Source of the DNA: a virus
Lineage: Duplodnaviria > Caudoviricetes
Reading direction: 5' to 3' (one strand)
DNA length: 64,000 nt
Virus record (IMG/VR): IMGVR_UViG_2799112265_000001
Location: 32,001 to 96,000 of that record
The notes under the pieces are model-generated. The model had not been told where the DNA came from, did not search any database, and was given only the letters and a program-made list of their open reading frames with translations. This document shows positions 19,630 through 27,937 of the stretch, one piece after another (positions within the stretch are counted from its first letter, which is position 1; every line of letters begins with the position of its first letter). The position numbers and the translations under genes are program-made.

Positions 19630-19977
19630 CTACCGCTCCCGGCGGGGCATGCTCCCCGCCTGGTCCCGCTCGAACGCCCTGGTGGGCTTCGCGCTGCGGC
19701 TGCCGTGCGCCATGCGCAGTCCCGGCTGCGGCCACTGGTACAGCCGGACCGTGATCGTGGTGTCTCCGAGGAGGTCCACCTCGACCTGGTAGCGGATCGT
19801 GCCGTCCGGCCACTCCTGCTTGGCGAGCACCGGGGCGTACCGCCAGCGGCCCGCCGACCACACGCCGAGCGCGGGCCGGTCCCCGGCCGGCCACGCCCAC
19901 ACCTCCGGTGCCGGGCCGTCGTCCGGGCGCCAGGGGCGGGACGGCTCGGGTTCGGGGACCGGCTCGGTGCTGCTCAC
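19630..19977 (-). CDS. hypothetical protein
   Basis: GGAGG RBS, GTGA-coupled to the upstream gene. Confidence 0.7.
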   Translation of the reverse strand: MSSTEPVPEPEPSRPWRPDDGPAPEVWAWPAGDRPALGVWSAGRWRYAPVLAKQEWPDGTIRYQVEVDLLGDTTITVRLYQWPQPGLRMAHGSRSAKPTRAFERDQAGSMPRRER

Positions 19978-20501
19978 CCCTCCGAGGGTAGGGGGCGGCC
20001 CTTCGTGACGCGGTCGGCGGGAGCCTCCCAGCGCAGTCGACCGACCTGGTCGACGCCGTGGGACTGCCGTGGACGGCTGGGGCAGTCCCAGCCCCTCCTC
20101 GGGGGGATCTGCGCCACGACCCGCCATCCGGCTCCGCGCAGGCTCGCCCCGCTCTCCCCGTCCTGCGTGTAGGTGATCAGCCGGGTGTAGCCGAGAGCTT
20201 GCGCTGCCCGCCAGGCCGCCCCGTACAGCAGAGAGTTCGCGTTGAAGGCGCCGTCCGTGGCCGTCCGGGTGACCTCCAGGGTCTGCCCGTCGTCGAGCAT
20301 CCGGGCCACCGGCCGGCCGACCATGGCGACCGCGCGCAGCATCGCCGTGTCGTCAGCGGCGCCGACGCAGAACACCGCCCCGGCCGGCGGCTTGTGGTGG
20401 CGGTGCCACTCGGCGACGAACGCCTTGGCGTCCTTCTGCTTGACCGGAACCAGGTGCAGTCTCGGGTGGCTCTCATGGCGGGCGGTACGGGGGCGGGGCA
20501 C
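19974..20501 (-). CDS. XF1762-family protein (Mom-like GNAT fold)
   Basis: WHRHHKPP, VGRPVAR.LDDG.TLEVTR, SLLYGAAWRAA and ITYT..GESGASLRGAGW. Confidence 0.85.
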   Translation of the reverse strand: MPRPRTARHESHPRLHLVPVKQKDAKAFVAEWHRHHKPPAGAVFCVGAADDTAMLRAVAMVGRPVARMLDDGQTLEVTRTATDGAFNANSLLYGAAWRAAQALGYTRLITYTQDGESGASLRGAGWRVVAQIPPRRGWDCPSRPRQSHGVDQVGRLRWEAPADRVTKGRPLPSEG

Positions 20502-20587
20502 AGCGGGTCTCCACGTGGCGGTCGGCGGCGCCGTGCTGCGCCTCCGGGGGACCGCACACCGTGAGTCCCCGGAGCGCCTTACGTCTG

Positions 20588-20672
20588 GATCACATCTCCG
20601 CTTGGGACGTGATGAGTTGAGATGTGATCAGTTGCGGGGCCGGGGTGTAACAGGTCGGGCCGGGCTGGCGTT
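20588..20672 (+). promoter_or_regulatory. 11-bp inverted repeat plus class II promoter
   Basis: GATCACATCTC-N20-GAGATGTGATC; GTAACAG-N15-CGTT at 20647. Confidence 0.65.
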
Positions 20673-20727
20673 CCCCTGATCAGCACGGCCGAGAGGCGGC
20701 CGTCATCCCGCCCGGAAGGCCCGCTCC

Positions 20728-21135
20728 GTGTCCCAGTCGCTCTCCCACAGCCCCCGCCGCGGCCCCGGCCCGCTCACGGTCGTCATGCTCGCCCTGGTTG
20801 TGTTCTTCGCCGTGATGGTGACCGCCTGCACCAGCCAGGCCGGCACCGACGACCACGACGGCACCCCCGTCTGCCGGGCCACGCACACCTCGACGGGCGA
20901 CTACGTCCCGGCGGGACTGCGGCCGTGCACCCTGTACGGCTCCAGCCACTACTCCGGTGACACCGGGCACTACTCCGGCAGCTCCAGTCACGGCAGTACC
21001 AGCCGGACGGGAAGCGGCGTGAAGAAGCCCGCCCGGCCCGCCGCTCCGAAGCCGAAGGCGCCGTCGCTGGTGAAGCCGCCCACCATGCCGAAGCCCGCGG
21101 CCGCGCCGCCCCGGGTCTCCCTCTCCAAGCGGTGA
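20728..21135 (+). CDS. putative lipoprotein
   Basis: Hydrophobic stretch and VTAC lipobox; Pro/Lys-rich tail. Confidence 0.7.
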   Translation: MSQSLSHSPRRGPGPLTVVMLALVVFFAVMVTACTSQAGTDDHDGTPVCRATHTSTGDYVPAGLRPCTLYGSSHYSGDTGHYSGSSSHGSTSRTGSGVKKPARPAAPKPKAPSLVKPPTMPKPAAAPPRVSLSKR

Positions 21136-21269
21136 CCAGGCCCGGCCCGCGAGACGAGCCAGCGCCCTTCACTGTCCGAGCGGCGGGCTTCGTCGAGCCC
21201 ATCCGGGACACAAGCCGGCCGAGCCCGTCATGGTCCGCTCGACCTTGCTCCCGCACTGAAGGAACCTCC

Positions 21270-21698
21270 GTGGCCGACACCTCCCTCTTGAAGTCCAACG
21301 AGGCACCCTGCGCGTCCTCCTGCCAGTCCGGCGAGCTGCTCGCCCGGCTGAACCACTGCATTTCCCTCCACGCCCTGTTGGCCGGACTGATCTCCCTCAA
21401 CCTCGTTCTGACCTTGATCGGTATCGGGGTCGGGATCAGCCTGCGCGACCAGGTCGAGGCGCAGCCCCAGCCGAAGCCCACCGCGACCGCCCACCCGTCG
21501 CCGGGCGCCACGACGCCGACAGCGCCCAGCCCGGAGCCGACCCCGCAGCCCAGCGGCAGCTGCAACATGTTCGACCCCGAGTGCTCCGACGGCGTGTCAG
21601 CCGGTTCGACCGGCGGAACCGGCCCGACGTCCGGGAGCACGGACGGCACGATCTTCGGCGGCCAGACCGGCGGCGCGGACGGAGGAAGCGGCACGTAG
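21270..21698 (+). CDS. single-TM membrane protein with Pro-rich linker
   Basis: GAAGGA RBS, GTG; class III promoter at 21205. Confidence 0.65.
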   Translation: MADTSLLKSNEAPCASSCQSGELLARLNHCISLHALLAGLISLNLVLTLIGIGVGISLRDQVEAQPQPKPTATAHPSPGATTPTAPSPEPTPQPSGSCNMFDPECSDGVSAGSTGGTGPTSGSTDGTIFGGQTGGADGGSGT

Positions 21699-21775
21699 CC
21701 CCCCCTCGCACACCACTGCGCCCCGGCCGGACGACTCCCCGGCCGGGGCGCAGTGCGTTCCGGAAGCGCGGACGG

Positions 21776-21973
21776 TCATCGGCGGCTGGAGCACCACCGG
21801 TGCCCGCAGTCGATGAGCCGCCGGTCCGGGGCTGGCAGACCACCGATACCAGCCGGGGGGAGCGCCGGGGCCGGGATGCCCAGTTCCCATTCCAGGGACC
21901 AGATCCGGCGCGGGTCGGCAGTGTCGTGGGTATCGCAACGCCGAACGAGACGGCGCAGCAGGGTCTCAAGCAT
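21776..21973 (-). CDS. possible small protein
   Basis: MLETLLRRLV...; weak support. Confidence 0.35.
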   Translation of the reverse strand: MLETLLRRLVRRCDTHDTADPRRIWSLEWELGIPAPALPPAGIGGLPAPDRRLIDCGHRWCSSRR

Positions 21974-22122
21974 GGCCGTGTTGTAGCAGGTCACGGGTGC
22001 TACGCCCCAGGGCCTATCGGACGCAAGCACTCCGGTTCGTGCAGGGTGCATCCGCTTTGCCCGTGGCGCGCTCCCGAGGCTGCCACCACGGCGGCCGCGC
22101 GCCGCCGGCGGAAGGGAGCTGC

Positions 22123-22602
22123 GTGCAGCCGCACGTCATACGAGCGCTTCACGACTGGCGCATGGCCTGGGCCGACCATGAGAGTGCCGCACAGGACGCG
22201 TTCACCGCGGCGTTCCCGGCGCTGAACACCTCCGACCCGCGATGCCAGTGCTTCGGCCCGACACTGCGCTGGGACGTCGACGGCGAGGGTACGGGGAAGG
22301 TGTGCCTGGACGGCCACGGGCGCGCCACCATGGCCTTCGAGAACGTCCCCAAGGCCGCGATCGGCAAGGCCATGACCGAGACCTGGGGGGCCGACTGGTT
22401 CGACGAGGGCCCCGGCGGGCTCGCGGCCGCCGAGCCCGGCCGCTACCACTACGAGGACGAGCAGACCTACGCGGAGTACGAGTTCGACGTGAAGGCGGAC
22501 GGCACCGTCGACCTCGACATCGCGTACGTGAAGGTCGACGACATCGTGGCCATGCTCGACGCCCTCGAGCGCGCCCTCGCCGAGCTGCGCTGCGCGGCCT
22601 AG
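22123..22602 (+). CDS. acidic hypothetical protein
   Basis: GGGAG RBS, GTG, GC3-rich. Confidence 0.75.
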   Translation: MQPHVIRALHDWRMAWADHESAAQDAFTAAFPALNTSDPRCQCFGPTLRWDVDGEGTGKVCLDGHGRATMAFENVPKAAIGKAMTETWGADWFDEGPGGLAAAEPGRYHYEDEQTYAEYEFDVKADGTVDLDIAYVKVDDIVAMLDALERALAELRCAA

Positions 22603-22607
22603 GCTGC

Positions 22608-22660
22608 GCGAGGTGAGGTGACGTGCCAGAGCGCTCTGGAACACGTCACCTCACCTCGCC
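22608..22660. repeat. long inverted repeat sharing 22 nt with the traB start region
   Basis: GCGAGGTGAGGTGACGTG ... CACGTCACCTCACCTCGC. Confidence 0.85.
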
Positions 22661-22665
22661 GCGCA

Positions 22666-22755
22666 TCATTCCTCGGAGCCGCCGCGCCCCCTGGCGATAA
22701 GCGCCGCAGCGACCATTCCCACCGTGGTGATTAAGGCCGCGATGATGGTGCTCAT
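22666..22755 (-). CDS. 29-aa hydrophobic peptide with a TTA codon
   Basis: GAAGGGGG RBS; MSTIIAALITTVGMVAAALIARGRGGSEE; not in the ORF track. Confidence 0.55.
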   Translation of the reverse strand: MSTIIAALITTVGMVAAALIARGRGGSEE

Positions 22756-23329
22756 TTTTCCCCCTTCGGTTGGGACGCCGTGGTGCGTCCGAAATCACGA
22801 TCGCACGTCCGCCGAAGGTCGCTGTCTAGCTCAACGCCGCTGGTGGGGAGGGGTGTCTACCCCGTCTTGGGGTGCGGGGCCGAAGGGGCGTTTTACAGGT
22901 CTGCGGCCGTTTCCGCGTAGGAATCCTGCGGGAAAAGCTGCTGCCGGGAACACCGGCGCGACGACCACCGGCAACACGTCCTCACCCGGTGCGCCAGGGG
23001 CTACCACTTTCTGAAGCTGATGCCTGGCACTTTTCCCCGCTCTCCCCTACCAGGTCCTACTAGACGGATTTCATCCCCGGCCGCGGGCGCCTACGTAGTT
23101 CGTACCAGGTGAAAGATCCGCCGCGAATTTCTGCGCGCAGCGCCGCGCGGGACGTACGGCGGGTCCGCCGGTTCCGGGGTTGTGCCCTTGCCGCCCTCGG
23201 TAGCCTGGCTCCCGGAGACCTCGCCGGACTCCCCCTCGTGGACCCGCAGTTGCGGGGATGCAGCCCGTTCCGGCCGGGCTGGTCACGCGCGCCTCGCGCC
23301 CCGCCCGCCACCGCTGAGGAGTCCCCCTG

Positions 23330-23926
23330 ATGCCCGAACAGCAGCACGCCCTGGTCGCCCCCGAGTGGGACGGCGGCGCGTTCGTCTTCACTCACACCTA
23401 CGGCAGCGGAATCTCCGTCTGGGCGCGGAACCTGGGCGCCGTCATCGCGGAAAGCCCCCGGCCCCGCGGTGTCGCCGCCCCGCTGTACGCCGGCACCATC
23501 GCCGACATGAAGGCCCTGGCGGACTTCGTGGCCGACTTCGTGGAGCACGCCACCGGCGACGAGGACGAGGGTCTGCGCCTCGGCCGTGTCCGCGACACCA
23601 AGCCCATCGTTCAGCGCACCCACAGCGACAGCCCGGCGAGCCGGATGCACTTCTCGTACCGCAGCATCCTGATGGACACCGTCGGGCCGTGGGACGGCGC
23701 CGCCGCCGAGCTGCTCCTCGCCCGCGTGCGGGGCGGGCACAGGGGGCACGTCGGGTTCTTCGCCACCGGCCTGCCCGAGTTCCCTGCCGACGCCCCCCTG
23801 GACGTCGTGCCCTACGGCCTGCCGAGGGCGGTCATCGACCGGGGCGCGGCCGCCGACCTTGCCGACTTTCTAAGCGAGCCGCCTGGCCGTGTGCTCCCCC
23901 GTGAGGTCGCCGATCGCTGTCGCTGA
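23330..23926 (+). CDS. hypothetical protein
   Basis: GAGGAG RBS. Confidence 0.75.
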   Translation: MPEQQHALVAPEWDGGAFVFTHTYGSGISVWARNLGAVIAESPRPRGVAAPLYAGTIADMKALADFVADFVEHATGDEDEGLRLGRVRDTKPIVQRTHSDSPASRMHFSYRSILMDTVGPWDGAAAELLLARVRGGHRGHVGFFATGLPEFPADAPLDVVPYGLPRAVIDRGAAADLADFLSEPPGRVLPREVADRCR

Positions 23927-24037
23927 CTCTGGGCGCGACGTAAGACGTCTAGGACGCACAGGGTCTCGCGTCCTCGCCGTTCATCAGGGTCCTCCGCGTG
24001 GCAGGCCCGGCGTGCGGGGGCGGGACGGAGAACCGCT

Positions 24038-24502
24038 GTGGATGAGCAGCAGCCGCCGATACGCGTCCTCCCTTGGTGTAACCGGCTGTACAAGGTCGGC
24101 CGCGCGAGGGTGCGGGTGTTGAAGGCGCCGCCGTTCGACGGCGACGGCATCACCGTGCGGGAATGGGAGTTGCTCGCGCTGCCCTACGAGGTCGGCTTCA
24201 TGCTGATCTCCCTTGCGCCTCACGCGGAGTTCGGCCGGCGGGGGGCTCGCGCCCCGGGAACGTGGAAGCGGCTCTGGAACATCGTGCGAGAGGACACCGG
24301 GCGCATCCACGAGTCCTACTGCCAGGGGCGACCGCGCTCCTGGTGTGGTGTCGCTCTCCGTATCCCCTGCCTCCACATCTGGCTGACGTGGCGTACACCG
24401 CGGCAGCGGGCCGCTCTGTACGCGCACGGGCAAGGGCCCTGCACGGTGTGCGGGGAGACCAGCGGTGGGTGGAAGAGGACGGTCGGCGGCGACGCGACGT
24501 AA
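24038..24502 (+). CDS. hypothetical Cys-containing protein
   Basis: GGAGA RBS, GTG. Confidence 0.6.
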   Translation: MDEQQPPIRVLPWCNRLYKVGRARVRVLKAPPFDGDGITVREWELLALPYEVGFMLISLAPHAEFGRRGARAPGTWKRLWNIVREDTGRIHESYCQGRPRSWCGVALRIPCLHIWLTWRTPRQRAALYAHGQGPCTVCGETSGGWKRTVGGDAT

Positions 24503-24604
24503 GCGGCGGCCGCCGCGCACTCTCCTCGCCTCGCCCCGGAAGCGGACTCCTGGGCCGCGCTCCCTGCGGCCCGGCGCGCCGGGGCAGGCAAGGAGAACGG
24601 CGCT

Positions 24605-24958
24605 GTGGCGCAACGAAAGACCGGCCCCACCGACGTGGTGAAGGTCATCGTCTACGACCGGGACGATGGCACATGCGTGCGCTGCGGGGCCCGGCATGAC
24701 CTGACGATCCACCACCGCGTGAACCGGGGTATGGGCGGCGCCCGCGAGGCGTGGATCAACCAGGCCCACAACCTCCTGACCGTGTGCACCACGTGCAACG
24801 GCTGGTTCGAGGACCACCCGCGCGAGTCGTACGCGGCCGGCTGGAAGGTTCGGCGGCCGCAGCTCCCCGGCGAGGTCGAGGTGCGCTACCCGGACGGCTG
24901 CTTCTACCGGCTCACCCCGGACGGGGTGCGCTCGACGACCGTGGCGGCCGCGCGGTGA
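24605..24958 (+). CDS. HNH endonuclease
   Basis: RDDGTCVRCG, IHHR and NLLTVCTTCN. Confidence 0.85.
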   Translation: MAQRKTGPTDVVKVIVYDRDDGTCVRCGARHDLTIHHRVNRGMGGAREAWINQAHNLLTVCTTCNGWFEDHPRESYAAGWKVRRPQLPGEVEVRYPDGCFYRLTPDGVRSTTVAAAR

Positions 24959-25053
24959 CCCGGCGCAGGCGCAGGCGCAGATGGATCTCGGACATGTTCG
25001 ACGCGGTGCTCGACGGGCTGATCGAAGCCCTGTTCTCTCGGGGGTGGAAGTGA
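24955..25053 (+). CDS. 32-aa Arg-rich peptide
   Basis: Coupled on both sides by GTGA and TGATG overlaps. Confidence 0.5.
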   Translation: MTRRRRRRRWISDMFDAVLDGLIEALFSRGWK

Positions 25054-25898
25054 TGTTGCGGAAGCAGTGCCCGGCGCGGGCGGAGAAGGTTCTGGCCGGC
25101 GACTTGCAGTGCCAGCGGGCCGCCCGGCATGTGGGGGAGCACAAGGCGTCACCGAGGGCGGATTCGGCGATGCATCATTCGTGGTCGGAGGGCGCTGACC
25201 GGTTCGGCTACCAGTGGCTGCCCGGCAACGTCCGGTTCCGCAAGCGAGAGTGCCAGGCCCTCGACAAGGTGTCGTACGGCCTGGGCGGGCTCGTCGTGCG
25301 GGTGCTCATGTCCGCAGCGCTCTGGGCGAGCGGGAACCCGGGCGCCGCCGCGGTGTTCTTCGTCTTGGACATGCTGCTGTCCGTACGGCGGCCGCACTTC
25401 GTGGACGTCGGCCGGTTCACCGTGGGCGTGTTCCTGGCGGTTCCTCGAAGCAACTGCGAGCCGTTCTTCTCGATCGGCTTCACCCGGCACGGGCCCGACG
25501 CGGGCGCGCCGGCGAACGGCCTGTCCATCGGGTTCGGCCGCGTCGTGCTCATGGCGTGCACGCTGCTCCCGCGAGCCGAGTGGAAGGTGTTCCGGGCGGA
25601 GCAGGCCGAGCGGCGGGCGCAGCGGAAGGGGCCCCGAAGGGCGCTCCGGGTCCGGCGTCGGCTGCGTCGGCTCGTGGTGGCGGGGCCGAGGTCGCTGCGG
25701 GTGGGTTCGTGGATGCTGTGGTCCGGGCGGATGCCCGGGACGACCATCGGGGTCGGGCAGATCACGGTGGCGGACAAGCCGTCCGACCTGCGGCTGACGC
25801 GGACCGAGGACTGGCGGGGACACACGGTGGTCCTGTTCGGGCGGGCGTTCGCAGTGCTGCGGAGCCGGCCGGTCGAGGTTCGGCAGCTTCGCACCTGA
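25053..25898 (+). CDS. hypothetical membrane-associated protein
   Basis: TGATG coupling; hydrophobic segments. Confidence 0.65.
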   Translation: MLRKQCPARAEKVLAGDLQCQRAARHVGEHKASPRADSAMHHSWSEGADRFGYQWLPGNVRFRKRECQALDKVSYGLGGLVVRVLMSAALWASGNPGAAAVFFVLDMLLSVRRPHFVDVGRFTVGVFLAVPRSNCEPFFSIGFTRHGPDAGAPANGLSIGFGRVVLMACTLLPRAEWKVFRAEQAERRAQRKGPRRALRVRRRLRRLVVAGPRSLRVGSWMLWSGRMPGTTIGVGQITVADKPSDLRLTRTEDWRGHTVVLFGRAFAVLRSRPVEVRQLRT

Positions 25899-26008
25899 GC
25901 ACCATCAACCTGGGTGGTGTACCATTCCGGGCGTGGTGCCGACATGGGGTTACCCCAGTCGGTGCTGGGCGCAACACCGCGCCACGTCTCCGCTCACGGA
26001 GCCCCGCC

Positions 26009-26608
26009 ATGCCCCGCATCGCCAACAGGCTGAACATCGAAGCTCCGGACTACGACGCTCTGCGCGAGAAGGCCGAGAGGGACGTCGTCCAGGCCCTGGA
26101 CCGGGTCGAGCGCCTGGACGACCGCGTCCAGCTGGCTGCAGAGATCATCCAGCAGGCCGACATCGAGATCGCCACCTACGCCGACACCCGTAACGAGCTG
26201 CTCGCCAGTCTCTACCTGCACGATCTGATCGAGGGCGCGCAGCTCAGCCAGATCGCCGGCGTCAACAAGAACGGGCTGCGCAGGCTGCTGGGGTACGCCG
26301 TGTACGGCTCCGCGGCGAGGAAGACGCTCCCGGCGTACATGAGCGACGCGGACATGAACGCGCTCGCCAAGCAGATGAACGTCCGCCACATCAAGAAGTC
26401 CCCGGGGAAGCAGCTCCTGGAGGCGTCCCTCGTCATCGAGGAGGCCAAGGCCCGCCGCAAGGCCGCCCTGCCCGTCTTCCGGAGGACGGCTCTCGAGCTG
26501 GTGGAGAAGCACGACTGGGCGGTGCACCAGGTCGCGGCTCACACCGGGCAGACGAACAAGTTGATGAGCGAACACCTCAAGTTCGCCCGCAAGGCCCGGA
26601 AGTCCTGA
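26009..26608 (+). CDS. putative DNA-binding protein with two HTH-like segments
   Basis: AQLSQIAGVNKNGLRRLL and VHQVAAHTGQTNKLMSEHL; upstream TGGTGTACCAT resembles the class I box. Confidence 0.7.
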   Translation: MPRIANRLNIEAPDYDALREKAERDVVQALDRVERLDDRVQLAAEIIQQADIEIATYADTRNELLASLYLHDLIEGAQLSQIAGVNKNGLRRLLGYAVYGSAARKTLPAYMSDADMNALAKQMNVRHIKKSPGKQLLEASLVIEEAKARRKAALPVFRRTALELVEKHDWAVHQVAAHTGQTNKLMSEHLKFARKARKS

Positions 26609-26688
26609 CGGCTTACCCGCCTCCAACTCGCCGGCCCCGACGCATAGTCGGGGCCGGTTCTCGTGTTGCCCCAGGTCGGACCGGGGAC
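26516..26688 (+). repeat. diverged duplication of 15736..15905
   Basis: See partner entry. Confidence 0.85.
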
Positions 26689-26951
26689 GGATTATCAGGC
26701 CCCGGTACCGGCGCCTGATAATCCGGCGCCGGTGAAACCTGCCACCGGAAAGCCGGGTCCCGGAGGATCAGGCGCCTTTAGTAACAAGATCAAGTAACAC
26801 AATGAAGTAGTTCCGATGCCTTCGCTTCGCTCAGGCATCGGCGGGCATCTCGTCTCGCTTCGTCTCCGCGCTCCGGCGCCGAAGCGGCGCACCACAAGCA
26901 GCAGCAGGGGAGAGGTGTCGCAAAATCCGGGCGGGTGACGTTCCACCAGAC

Positions 26952-27659
26952 ATGACGATGAACACCACGCCTCCGCAGAACCTCGCCCGCCACTTCTACG
27001 ACATCCATCGGGCCGACGTCGCCGATCAGGGCGGCCAGCTCCCGCACTGGTACCAGCTCCCGGCCGAGATCCAGGCCAACGTGCAGAAGGACGTGGACAA
27101 GTTCTGGACCGCGCTGCGCAACGCCGAGCAGGAGCAGCAGCAGGAGCGGGTCGAGCCGGAGGCGGTGCCGGACATCCGCGGAGTGCTGGAGAGCGCCGGA
27201 GCCGACCAGGCGGAAGGCCCGGAGAGCACCCCCTCGCCCGTCAACGCGTGCAACTGCCCCTCCTGCCTGCTGGAGGCCGTCCTGCGGATGCTGAACCCGC
27301 CGACCGAGGGTCCGCCCGCGCCGCCCGCCGAGCGGCGGGTCCGCCTGGTCCCGCTCGACGTCCGCCGCTGGGGTGTGACGCTGAGCGCCGACGAGGAGGA
27401 GAAGCTGGAGAAGCCCGCCCGGAGGGCGCGGCCAGCAGAGCTGGAGCTGATCGTCGCCCGTATCGACCCGGGCGTCCTCACCGGCGACGCCCCGGCCCCG
27501 CCGCCGATCATCGACTTCGGCACGCCGTGGATCACCGAGGCCGGCCTCGAACGAGCGTTCCGGGAGGAGATGCGGCGTGACCGGGAGCGGCAGCGCTGGG
27601 CCGCATGGGTCGGCGATTCCTTGAAGCGGCTCTCGACGGTGTCTGCGGGCACGGTGTAA
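26952..27659 (+). CDS. hypothetical protein
   Basis: GC3-rich ORF with CNCPSC. Confidence 0.7.
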   Translation: MTMNTTPPQNLARHFYDIHRADVADQGGQLPHWYQLPAEIQANVQKDVDKFWTALRNAEQEQQQERVEPEAVPDIRGVLESAGADQAEGPESTPSPVNACNCPSCLLEAVLRMLNPPTEGPPAPPAERRVRLVPLDVRRWGVTLSADEEEKLEKPARRARPAELELIVARIDPGVLTGDAPAPPPIIDFGTPWITEAGLERAFREEMRRDRERQRWAAWVGDSLKRLSTVSAGTV

Positions 27660-27900
27660 CAGAACCTGCCGCCCTGTCGTACTACAGGGTGAGGCCGGTT
27701 CCCCAACACCGGCCGCCTCTCGGGGTGACAGGCGCAAGCACCGCCTCCCTCCCCACACCGTGACGGCGCGCAGCCATCGCCCCGAGAGGCCCAGGCTTCC
27801 GGCCCGGACCGCCTCCCTGCACAGGGGGAGCGAGTCGTCTGCGGTCCCGCCGGAACACGCGGCCTGGCCACGGGTCTGGGCATGGACCCCAGGCCAGGCC

Positions 27901-27930
27901 GCGACACAAACCCCCCACGGACTGCACCTT
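27901..27930 (+). promoter_or_regulatory. class III (putative late, leaderless) promoter
   Basis: GCGACACAA-N15-CACCTT, 7 nt before the terminase ATG. Confidence 0.6.
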
Positions 27931-27937
27931 CCGGGCC

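Noticed and set aside
22000-22644. 214-aa minus ORF after the GEVR uORF
   Set aside because: Beyond its first codons it overlaps the better-supported plus gene 22123..22602
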